Source: Squalus acanthias (taxonomy: Eukaryota). Taken from it: a stretch of DNA of 64,000 nucleotides. This document shows, piece after piece, positions 53,165 to 64,000 of this stretch; position 1 is the first letter of the stretch; every line of letters starts with the position of its first letter. The DNA lies in assembly GCA_030390025.1 (NCBI GenBank), contig CM059432.1, positions 39,186,001 to 39,250,000 of the forward strand, written 5' to 3'. Position numbers and translations under genes: made by a program. The notes beneath the pieces are model-generated. The model saw nothing but the letters and a program-made list of their open reading frames with translations. It was not told where the DNA came from and made no database searches.

Positions 53165-53443
53165 ATTGGCTGGAGGAATCTATCACAGCAAAGGGCATAA
53201 GGTTTGCAGTCTGCAGAAGAAGCAAGGCTGCTTGCAGGCCTTAAATCCAGCAGCATTGATGACGTCATCAGAGGCGACTTTCAGGATGGAAAGACTAATT
53301 GGGCCAGGGGTTCCACACGCTGGAAATCAATTGCCCAATTAGGGGAAAATCGCATATTTTTCCCACATCAAATTGGAGTCGGGTGGCTAACACAAAAAGC
53401 GGCTGACACGCCCCCAGCCCGCCCCAATGGCAAAATCGAGCCC
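51859..53443 (-). mobile_element. Compact PIF/Harbinger element B (1585 bp)
   Basis: Perfect 16-bp TIR GGGCTCGATTTTGCCA; TSD TAT. Confidence 0.95.
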
Positions 53444-54654
53444 TATGCCTCTGTTTACAAAGCCAAGGATCCCGTATGCTTAACAGCCTTCTCAACTTGT
53501 CCTTCCACCTTCTATTATTTGTGTGTGTGCACCCCCAGGTCTCTCTTTAAAAAGGCTTTAAAATTGTACCATTTAGTTTATATTGCCTCTCCTTATTATT
53601 CCGACCAAAATGCATCACCTCACACTACTCTGTGTTAAATTGTATCAGCCATGTGTCTACCCATTTTACCAGTCTGTCTATGTCCTCCTGAAGTCTGTTA
53701 CTATCCTCCTCACTGTTTACTAGATTTCTGCAAACTTTGAAATTTTGCCCTGTATACCCAAATCCAGGTCATTAATATATATCGAAAAGAAGCAGGAAGA
53801 TTCATGCAGAGGCTTAAAAAACAATTCATACAATCCAAGTCAAAGGAAATTATGGTAGAAAGAAGTGTGTTAATTGATGAGAAACTGTCATGCCACTCCA
53901 CTCATGAACGGAGGTGAAGTACCAACTACAGTCCTTTTCAGTCAGAACTGAGAATCACTATGTCACATATGAGTAGAACAAAACAGTGTGATCTCATTCA
54001 GAAGAAAGATAAATTCAAAGAAAAAATTATGGAATATACTCATAAGAGATGGAATGTTCAAAAAGTCTGAGATCAAGGAAGGGAACAATGCATTGGACAA
54101 GGCTGTAAGGAAAGAAAATTGTTCTTTCTATGCACACCAGAAATGTATACTGTAACATACAAGGGGTCCGCTGTGACTGCATAAAGAGATGACCATAGAG
54201 TCACAATAAAGTTTACCATTAGAAGAAAATTAAGCCTAGTGTGATTTTCTTTTTTGTCAGCTGGGCAACTGACACGCAAGGAAACACAGTACCATGTGCA
54301 AAAAACTCCAAACCAAGATACTTAGAGATCTTCACAGCTTCTATTTGCAGGATATAGAAGCCGATTCTCTCCCAGTAGGGAACCTGCTTACTCTAATGAG
54401 GATAGATATTAGTTGGTCTTTAGATGGTTCCACCTATTGGAGGTACGGAGATTCAGCAGTAACTGTGTCCCTGTAATGCAGCCATGATAGTACTGAACTC
54501 TGGTAATTCCTTCCATGAGCTGTCTTGCCAAGCTTCAGTTTCCTCCTCAGGGTACATGATGGGCATTTGCCTTTAGCATGGAGGAAGGACCTACAGTGAA
54601 TAGCTCGCAATTTACTAGACATCTAATTTGAGTGTCGCATACCAGTCTTACTCT

Positions 54655-54890
54655 TCAGCAGTTTGGCTCAGTGGTAGCAGTCCCGGCTCTGAGTCCGAGA
54701 GATCTTGGATTCAAGCTCTAGTTGAGCACACAATCTAGGCTAACACTTCATTGTCAGTGAGGGTTGCATTGAAGGTGCAGTCTTTCAGATGAGATGTTAA
54801 ACCGAGGTCCTGTCTGTCTGTTCAGGTGAACTTAAAATATTTGAAGAAGAGCAGGGAAATTTTTCCAGCACGCTGGTCAGCATTCAACAT
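54655..54890 (+). mobile_element. DeuSINE 5' part, diverged
   Basis: TGGCTCAGTGGTAGC head and Deu-like core. Confidence 0.65.
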
Positions 54891-55579
54891 CCAGGAGGAT
54901 TAAGAGGAAGAGGATCAACAAAAACAACAACTTGCATTTATATAGCACCTTTAACGTAGTAAAACAAGTTACAACATGTGCTGCTGAAATATTAATCTGC
55001 ACAGGATAAAGTATATAAAATGGAGTGGTTCCTCTTCAATATTATTCAAATCCATTTCCACATACACAATACTGACATGAAATTAAATGATCAACTAATG
55101 AGTGAGCTATTGTTTACTTTACCTAAATCATGGCAATGTATCTAACTGCTGACATAGCTGGTGTGCGGACTGATTCAGCAATCACTTACTCACACTTAAA
55201 AACTGGCAGATAGATTTAATTTTTCTGTGATCATCAGATAAGCTCAGTGAAGCACATTTCTGGAACTTGGCAACAGAGACGTAGGTTTATTGGTTCTCAA
55301 ATGAAGTGAACTAGATGTAAATTATATTTATTACTTCCATAGATGCCTGAATTATACTAAAACGCTATCAATCTGAAAGGGCTATTAATGGTGTACAAGA
55401 CTTTTCTTACTGTAAATGCCAGATAATTATGAATGCTCCTCTAAAAGCAGTTAGAAAGCATACTTGCTTGATCCTATGTTACACATTGGTTTCAGGTGGA
55501 TCTACCATACCTACTCAATCCTATAAATCACAGCAGTCTCAAGGTGGATCAGGGAAATGAAAATGCTTTTTACAGTTAT

Positions 55580-56385
55580 ACAGATCATAGAATCATAGAA
55601 TGGTTACAGCATGGAAGGAGGCCATTCGGCCCGTCGAGCCCGTGCTGGCTCTCTGCAAGAGCAATTCAGCTAGTTCCACTCCCCCGCCCTTTCCCCGTAG
55701 CCCTGCAAATATTTTTCCTTCAGGTACTTATCCAACTCCCTTTTGAAAGATAAAATTGAATCTGCCTCCACCACCCTTTCAGGCAGTGCATTCCAGATCC
55801 TAACCACTCGCTGAATAAAAACGTTTTTCCTCATGTCGTCTTTGGTTCTTTTGCCAATCACCTTAAATCTGTGTCCTCTGGTTCTCGACCCTTCTGCCAA
55901 TGGGAACAGTTTCTCTCTATCTACTCTGTCCAGACCCCTCATGATTTTGAATACCTCTATCAAATCTCCTCTCAATCTTCTATGCTCTAAGGAGAACAAC
56001 ACCAGCTTCTCCAGTCTATCCATGTAACTGAAGTCCCTCATCCCTGGAATCATTCTCGTAAATCTTTTCTGCACCCTCTCTAAGGCCTTCACATCCTTTC
56101 TAAAGTGCGGTGCCCAGAATTGGACACAATACACCAGTTGAGGCTGAACCAGTGTTTTATACAGGTTCATCATAATTTCCATGCTTTTGTGCCCTATACC
56201 TCTATTTATGAAGCCCAGTTTCCCGTATGCTTTTTTAACTGCTTTCTCAACCTGCCCTGCCATCTTCAACGATTTGTGCACATATACCCCTAGGTCGCTC
56301 TGTTCATGCACCCACTCTAGGATTGTACCCTTTAGTTTATATTTCTTCTCCTCATTCTTTCTACCAAAATGTATCACTTCACACT
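55580..56385 (-). mobile_element. CR1 3' fragment
   Basis: ORF 55670-56377 is the CR1 ORF2 C-terminus; (TTCTATGA)n tail. Confidence 0.93.
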
Positions 56386-56436
56386 ATTCATGTAAGGTTG
56401 TTATGTCAAAATTAAGTCTTTTTCTCCTGTAAGGTA

Positions 56437-57475
56437 TGTAGGTGGTTTGCCTTGGTGGTTCGAATCACCTCTCCTACTTAGTTCTATACGACAGGAATTA
56501 CGGTGAACAGAATTGGAGCACAGACAAGCTTTTCGGACTCAACCGTACGGTGTTTAATAAGGTTAACACACACACCCGCCTCCAGTACGTAAAATGCCTG
56601 GTGGCGTAAAGCAAACAGTACAACAATACAACTTGGCCCGTCGAACAGGCCCCTGTCTCATATTAAGATGCCTAAAATCCCACTGTGTTGCTATACAGAG
56701 TATAAAATACACACAGAACCTCCCCACTAAATCCCTCTGGATTGGTTGGGACACACAACACCCCCTCACACAGTACCGGTGGTCTTAAGGATGCGTGGGC
56801 TTGGACAATGCTCACCCCGATTGTCCATTTTCTTGCTCGCTGCTTCCCTATGTAGAACCTGTCTCCTGGTTCCGTATCGCCGATGCAGTATCCAAGTCCC
56901 AGTTTCGAGGTTCGTTCCTACAGTCGAAGAGCAAGGCAAGGCTCTTGTCGTCGTGGTGGTTTCGAGCAAGCGAGAGAGAGAGAGAATGGCCAGAGCTGCC
57001 TTCTCTGTATACCCTAAAAGATCACTACAGGTCTGTGTGGTTGCAGTGATGTCTTTTTAATCACCCTTCTTTGTCTTCTTTGTCTGGTTTCCCGCCTTTT
57101 GGGGCTATCCCATCTAGGTGCTGGTGTTAATGGCAGATGATGGGCCGCACTTCTCACCTGATCCTGGGTTAAGTGGCTTCCCATTAATTTACAATGGCCC
57201 TCTTTTGTCCGGTTCCCGCCTTTCGGGGCTATCTCATCTAGGTGCTCATCACCGTATGAGTCACCTACCCGGACCCATTGTTTTCCCAGAGAATTCTGTC
57301 TGCCCAGACATTCTCCCATAATTAGTTTGTAGGTCTGGCTGGAATCTCCTATCCAACATGAACACCTGGGCCCCTCCCATCTTCTCCAAACAGGCTGTTA
57401 GTCAAATCAGCAGTAACAGTCATTCAAAATGTCCGATACAAAAAAAAATCCTTGGGGCCTGCGTTGATGCTTACA
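56437..57475 (-). mobile_element. Solo LTR, 1039 bp (different family)
   Basis: TGTAGG...CTTACA termini; TSD GGTA; ATTAAA on minus near 56555; ca. 35-bp direct repeats at 57087 and 57211. Confidence 0.75.
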
Positions 57476-59149
57476 GGTACCAAGATCAGCCCCCCAAAAT
57501 TCTGGGGAGACCTTGCTTTGTGAAGGGGAGGTGGAGGGGTTGCAGTGGGGGCGGGGGGGGTGGGGGGTAGGGTGGTGCTGTTTGGGGTAGTGCACGGATC
57601 TTAGACGGAGCCATCTTCTGCCCTCCCAATGCAGGTATTCTGACCCCATTAGGAATCCCAGGGTCAGGCTACTCTGAGTATCTGGGTTGGGCGCTCACAC
57701 TATTTCTGGCACATTTGGATCACTCGCTTGATGGAACACCTTACTACAGCACCAGTAAGCCAACAGGGCTTTGGTGGGTTGACTCCAAAATTTAAAAACT
57801 TTCTGGTGTCTTCTTCTGTTGGTTTTGCCAATAAAATGATTGATTTATGATCAATTAAATTCCAAGAACTTGCCATTAAATGCAGAAATTCCCCATCCTC
57901 CACAGCCCTATCTGGATGCAGGGCCTCACAGGCCTACTGATACCCCATGATCTTGTCAAACAACAGAGCCAATTCAAAGTGCAACATCATATATATTTAA
58001 CAATACGTGCTCTGACCTAATTCTAAGCACTGTGTTTCCCCTAGATGCCCAGACATCCTGTTTTAAATCTAGGCTGCTGCTGTTTCTAGATGCCAACTGA
58101 GGGCCAGGGTCATGCGAGGTGATTGGTAGCTGCTGTGATGCAAGAAGCTCTTGGGACTGAGGTGACCCTCATGTCATTGAGAAGGACCCACTGTGGGCTG
58201 CATCTCTTGTGTGGTTGCCTGGGCAGCCTGACCCTGCCTCCTATGTGCTCTTGGATTCATCTCTGAGGGGCTAGGCGTGGGCTATTATACTGAGAAATAG
58301 CAACCTCATGTCAGTTGACTTCAGCCATGTCACAGGTACTGAGTTCAGGATCTGGTTAGCCACTGATCAGCAGGTTGGCAAATTTAATGGTTTCCACCAG
58401 ATACTGAAAACCTAGAGAGAGGGAGTAAACCAGCCCCAAATGTCTGGTCCAGAATGAAGGGCTCGCTCAAGACTGTTCCTCAAGGCATCAACTTGTCCTG
58501 AAACACTGCTGTGGAAGGGGGGAAGATGGTCAAAGACTGTGGTGAAGTTGCCACATGCTCTCTGATGTTGCTGTGTATGAAGTGGACCAAAATTGAGACC
58601 TCTATCAGATGCTGCACAACTTGAGACAAATCTCAGTGCATGCAGATTGGTATGGTTATCAAACATTCTTCTTTTCATGAGCTCTTCAATCAAGGGAAAG
58701 CATCTCCACAACCTCTGTTGGTGAGTGGTGAGTCCTCATCCATGACTTGCTCCTGTGGCACACGTGCTCAGCCATGTTCCCTGTAAGCTGCGCTTTGTTT
58801 GGCATGGCCTGTTTCTTTTCATGTGCAGTCCCTTTAAATTTCCGCGCATGCAGGTATTTACAATGTAAAAGCCGGTGAGCAGCCTGTGCGGGACCTCTGA
58901 GATTACAGCGCGGACACTTGGCCACACACCTTAGCGGGAACATTGGTGCTCAGTGAGTCAGATGGTTCAATATCCTCACCCCACTATTTAGATCCCTTCG
59001 GTTGAAAGTCTCTGAGATGGTGCATGGGATAGATAAGTGGATGATGAAAGTGATGCAATAGAATGGTGGGAGAGATATCACAGATGCTGTACAGCATGGT
59101 CATCATTATCCTCGTCATCATTGTTCTCATCATCACAATCATCTGGAAA

Positions 59150-61760
59150 CACGCAAGGACTTCCTGCCACCTCCTCATTATCATTGGCATGTCCTCATCA
59201 TCATCATTATCAACATCATCATTCTTTTCCTTCTCTTCTGCACCATTTCCGTACCAGTACCTGTGGAAGAAGAGGAAATGATGTAAGTATGGGAGTGCAA
59301 CACCCAGAGACAGTGATGAAATACAGACAATCCAGATTTCCATGTTAGCTTGGTCCTTTAAAATGTTTTAGCAGGAAGAGGTATTAATTAGCATCTACTC
59401 ACCTGCAACTAGCATTGACCCACTGACCTCGCCAAAATTGCTTGCCTCCCTGGAGCTCAATAGTCTGGTCTTCGAAATCTGTCAGATCTCTTACATTCAG
59501 GGTCCCCTCACAAGTGTACACAAGTGTCTTGGTCATTTGTGTGCTAGTTTCTCCTGGGATAATATTAAGAGCAGTGGTTTAGGAATCTGAAGGAAATCTC
59601 CCAGTAGCAACAACCAGCTGATGTAACTGGAAGGACAAAGGCTAGAATCACCCTGTAACGTAAGAGGTTGGAGTTGTAAAGGGCCCCATGCAATAAGGAC
59701 TTGTGAGGGAGGTACCAGGGGGCAGAGTTATAGAGCCAGTGAACCATGGTGTACTGTGAATGAAGACTTTTCATTCTATTTCAGAAGTATGGATTACAAT
59801 GGAATGGGTCCTTGGTGCCAAAAGTAAAAAGGGGAAGATCGCAGTTCACTTACCTTGGCTGCCTTTGAGAGAGGAACTTAAAACAATCTCTATCACTAGA
59901 GAAAAAGTACTAGGCAAACTAATGGGGCTAAAGGCTGACAAGTCCCCTGGACCTGATGGCCTGCATCCTAGGGTCTTAAAAGAAGTGGCTGCAGAGCTAG
60001 TGGATGCGTTGGTTGTAATCTACCAAAATTCCCTGGATGCTGGAGAGGTCCCAGCGGATTGGAAAACCGCAAATGTAACACCCCTATTCAAGAAAGGAGA
60101 GAGACAGAAAGCAGGAAACTATAGGCCAGTTAGCCTAACATCTGTCATTGGGAAAATGCTGGAATTCATTATTAAGGAGGCAATAGCAGGACATTTAGAA
60201 AATCATAAGACAATCAAGCAGAGTCAACATGAAAGGGACATCGTGTTTGACAAATTTGCTAGATTTCTTTGAGGATGTAACAAACAGGGTGGATAAAGGG
60301 GAACCAGTAGATGTAGTGTATTTGGATTTCCAGAAGGCATTTGATAAGGTGCCACATAAAAGGTTACTGCACAAGATAAGAGCGCACGGGGTTGGGGGTA
60401 ATATATTGGCATGGATAGGGGATTGGCTAACTAACAGAAAACTGAGAGTCGGGATAAATAGGTAATTTTCCGGTTGGAAATCAGTAACTAGTGGGGTGCC
60501 ACAGGGACCAGTGCTGGGGCCTCAACTATTTACAATCTATATTAATGACCTGGATGAAGGGACCGAGTGTACTGTAGCCAAATTTGCTGATGAAACAAAG
60601 ATAGGTGGGTTAGCAAGTTGTGAGGAGGACACAACGAGTCTGCAAAGGGATATAGATAGGTTAAGTGAGTGGGCAAGAATTTGGCAGACAGAGTATAATG
60701 TGGGAAAATGTGAGGTTATACACTTTGGAAGGAAGAATGAAAAAGCAAATTATTATTTAAATGGAGTGAGATTACAAAATGCTGGGGGATCTGGGGGTCC
60801 TAGTACATGAAACACAAAAAGTTAGCATGCAGGTACAGCAAGTAATTAGGAAGGTTAATAGAATGTTGGCCTTTATTGCAAGGGGTATGGAGTATAACAG
60901 TTGGGAAGTTTTGATGTAACATTGCAGGGCTCTGGTGAGACCGCACCTGGAGTACTGCGTACAGTTGTGGTCTCCATATTTAAGGAAGGATATACTTGCA
61001 TTGGAGGCAGTGCAGAGAAGGTTCATTAGGTTGATTCCTGGGATGAAGGGGTTGACATATGATGAAAGGTTGAGCAGGTTGGACCTATACTCATTGAAGT
61101 TTAGAAGAATGAGAAGTGATCTTATTGAAACATATAAGATTCTGAGGGGGATTGACAGGGTGGATGCTGAGAGGATGTTTCCCCTAGTGGGGGTATCTAG
61201 AACCATTTAAGACGGAGATGAGGAGGAATTTCTTCTCTCAGAGGGTCGTGAATCTTTGGAATTCTCTACCCCAGAGAGCTGTGGAGGCGGAGTCATTGAA
61301 TATATTCAAGGCGGAGATTGACAGACATTTGAACTACAGGGGAGTCGAGAGGTATTGGGAGAGAGCGGGAAAGTGGTGTTGAGGCCAAGATTGGATCAGC
61401 CATGATCTTACTGAATGGCGGAGCAGGCTCGAGGGGCCGATTGGCCTACTCCTGCTCCTGTTTCTTATGTTCTTATGTTTTTATGTAGGCCATTACACTT
61501 CTTGCGGCACTGTACTGCTTCCCTGGGGTTGAGCAAAGTGTCATTCATTGCCGTTCACCTCCCTCTACATGGCTCTCGTGACCAATTAAGGCAGCTTCTT
61601 GCCATGTGAGCCCAGCAGATGGTACATTCTCTGGCAAATCTTGTCCAGGAGGATCTGTAGATCAGCATCTGCAAAATTCTGGACTCACCTCCTTCTACCA
61701 CCACTTGCCTGAGGCCTTCCTGGTGGCCCACCAGTGTGTGAAGTTGAGGCCATGATGATG
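59150..61760 (-). pseudogene. Very old Harbinger Myb/SANT gene remnants, split by CR1
   Basis: QCRKK at about 61500; exon-like pieces with splice signals near 59260 and 59400-59555; acidic tract. Confidence 0.4.
59862..61478 (+). mobile_element. CR1 LINE (RT to 3' UTR), disrupted
   Basis: KSPGPDGLHPRVLKE, NYRPVSLTS, YLDFQKAFDKVPH and FADET motifs; (TTCTTATG)n tail. Confidence 0.95.
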
Positions 61761-62142
61761 TCTTGAGAAATCACAAAGCAGATCTTTAGTAAGAAATCAC
61801 TGCGGTTGAACATTCTGATCAAAAGCTGGAAGAGAAAACACCCCACTTACCTGCTGGACCTCTAGGAACCTGTTACCACCTTCACTTGCTGCAGGGTTTT
61901 AAATCCTGCAGCTGCAAGTTTCCATCACTCACCCATCCAGAGTTGTCCTCCTGGCCTGCTATTCAATATTTAAATGCAATGACCCCACAAATTCCAAGAG
62001 GGGTCAGCAGTACAATTCACTGCCTGGCGGAAGTCCTGCCCTGCTGGCATTACTGCAATGCAAATGGCAACAAGGGTTTTCAGGGTCATTGATAGTTGCA
62101 ATATGAGGTATCCATGGCGGGGTGGTAACCAATATATAACTG

Positions 62143-62463
62143 TCTTTTGGATGAGATGTTAAACCGAGGCCCTAGCTTTCCCTCTCAGCTGGAGGTAAAA
62201 GATCCCATGGCACTATTTGAAAGAAGAGCAGGGGAGTTATCCCCAGTGTCCTGGCCAATATTTATCCCTCAACCAAAATCACTAAAACAGCTTATCTGGT
62301 CATTATCACATTGCTGTTTGTGGGAGCTTGCTGTGTGCAAATTGGCTGCCATTTCCTACATTACAACAGTGACTACACTTCAAAAGTACTTCATTGGCTG
62401 CAAAGCGTTTTGGGATGTCCTAAGGTTGTGAAAGGCGCTATGCAAATGCAAGTATTTCTTTTC
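62143..62463 (+). mobile_element. DeuSINE, 5'-truncated
   Basis: Matches 28740-29043. Confidence 0.85.
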
Positions 62464-63254
62464 AAAGCACTTTATCATACAACAGTTTAATATAATCATC
62501 ATTCCTTAAAAGGAAACTCAAATAACATTTCTGGTTTCATGATGTTATTAGACTTTTCTCTCAATTTTTCGTGTTTCTTTTTGTTGCTGTCTCTTATTCT
62601 TGCAGTTGGAATGCTACACATATTTCATAGGCCTCCTGAGTTGAAATTAAATCATTTTATTATGAAAATGCATAAGTAGTAAGAAGGGAAATACTTCCTT
62701 TGTAAAGCCAGATCTTTATTATATTGTCTTTGCCATTTATATTGTACTTCATCTTAAAGTTGGATTAAAATGTCTTTTGCTGGACAGAGTTCACTGAGTT
62801 AATTGAGAATTTCCAGCACTACAATGAACACTTAAATTGTGACACCTACTTAAGGATGGTGATGTCCTTTTGTACAAAATGAGATCCCCAATTATATTTG
62901 ACTTAAATGTGGATGGACTCAAGTGCATCACATTATAATAGTCTTCAAGCAAACATTTGCCGACACTGTCAGTATGTTGATCTGATAAAGTATATTTGGC
63001 AAAGCGGTCCATTGTGTGTAACTTCCAAAATATTTGTTTCTTATTGAAGTTTGAAGCAGCTGCTGGCTGTTGTGATTTGTTAGTCTGGTCACACATATTA
63101 TAAAGTACAGATGTCTGTAGGTTTGAATCCTGTGGCTACCTGTCAATCAAATTTAGCAGCCATTGCTTTAAAGTGAATTTTTCCAATTTTTTGATACAGA
63201 CCATTACATGCAGTACACCACTTTGGCAAAACAATCGCTCCGAGGTTCCATTTA

Positions 63255-63810
63255 AGCAGACCGCTTTGTCCTGGTTGGTGCTAAGTTTCTTGAGTGTCAT
63301 TGCAGCTGCGCCCATCCAGGCAAGAGGAGAGTATTCCATCACACTCCTGGCTTATGCCTTGTAAGTGGTAGAGAGGCTTTGAAGCGTCAGGAGGTGAGCC
63401 GCTTGCCACAGAATACCCAACTTCTGACTTGTTCTAGTAGCCACGGCATTTATATGGTTGCTCCAGTTGAGTTTCTGATCAATGGTGACCCACAAGATGT
63501 TGATGGTGGGGCACTAGGCAATGGTAATGCCATTGAATGTCAAGGGGAGGTGGTTCGGCTCTCTCTTGTTGGAGATGGTCATTGCCTGACACAGGTGTGG
63601 CACGAATGTTACTTGCCAATTATCGGTCCAAGCCAGGATGTTGTCCAGATCTAGCAGCATGCGGCATGGAATGCTTCATTATCTGAGGAATTGTCTATGA
63701 GGCTGAACAATGTGCGATCATTAGCGAATATCTATGAAGTAGGGAAGATCATTGATGAATCGGCTGAAGATAGTTGAGTCTAGGACACTGTGCTGAGGAG
63801 CTCCTCATAA
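63255..63810 (-). mobile_element. Non-LTR retrotransposon RT/C-terminal fragment
   Basis: MEYSPLAWMGAAAMTLKKL; same family as 31455-32245. Confidence 0.7.
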
Positions 63811-63814
63811 TGCC

Positions 63815-63952
63815 TCATGATGTCCCTCAGGATATCCCAAAGTGCTTTGCATACAATTAATTATTTTGAAGTTCCTATGTAGGCAAATATGGAAGCCATT
63901 TTGCACACAGCAAAGCAGCATAAATAATAATGAGATGAATGTTCAGTTAATC
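63815..63952 (-). mobile_element. Diverged DeuSINE 3' part
   Basis: CCTCAGGATATCCCAAAGTGCTTT... matches the reverse of the SINE tail. Confidence 0.5.
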
Positions 63953-64000
63953 TAAAAGATATAAACCGAGCTATATTCAACATCATTGCACTCGTTTTGT

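Larger units (their letters stand above)
51255..53790 (-). mobile_element. CR1 3' fragment split by Harbinger element B
   Basis: (TTCTATGA)-type tail at 51255-51290; removing B restores TACTCTATGCCTC. Confidence 0.88.
50680..54290 (+). mobile_element. Degenerate Gypsy internal remnant (gag-like 50680-51250; integrase C-terminus 53790-54290), split by CR1
   Basis: KRAVFLHS.EEDLQE...DYY...AAVTRYYTPK; KKDKFKEKIMEYTHKR...EIKEG...YTVTYKGSAVTA.RDDHRVT. Confidence 0.55.

Noticed and set aside
58984..59348. Overlapping His/Ser/Asp-rich ORFs
   Set aside because: They arise from a degenerate (CAT)n tract in an old transposon remnant.

Overview
Eukaryotic, transposon-saturated non-genic DNA. It is most likely from a shark or other cartilaginous fish, inferred from the CR1/HER1-type LINE tails, SacSINE1-like Deu-domain SINEs and Penelope-like terminal repeats. 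I could not support any host-gene exon. Contents: many CR1 LINE fragments (often nested); L2, RTE and Gypsy remnants; DeuSINEs; short Penelope-like insertions carrying a minimal hammerhead core; three solo LTRs with 4-bp TSDs; and about ten PIF/Harbinger DNA transposons from several families. Most notable: (1) eight Harbinger insertions share a palindromic 13-bp target consensus, GASWC-nnn-GWSTC, which CR1 3' tails match perfectly. (2) A compact 1.6-kb Harbinger has an open DDE transposase ORF fused in frame to the start codon and upstream arm of the partner Myb gene. (3) Two independent 1.4-kb solo LTRs of one family face each other across a 1.4-kb spacer. Coordinates of degenerate repeats are approximate; TIR/TSD boundaries were read base by base.
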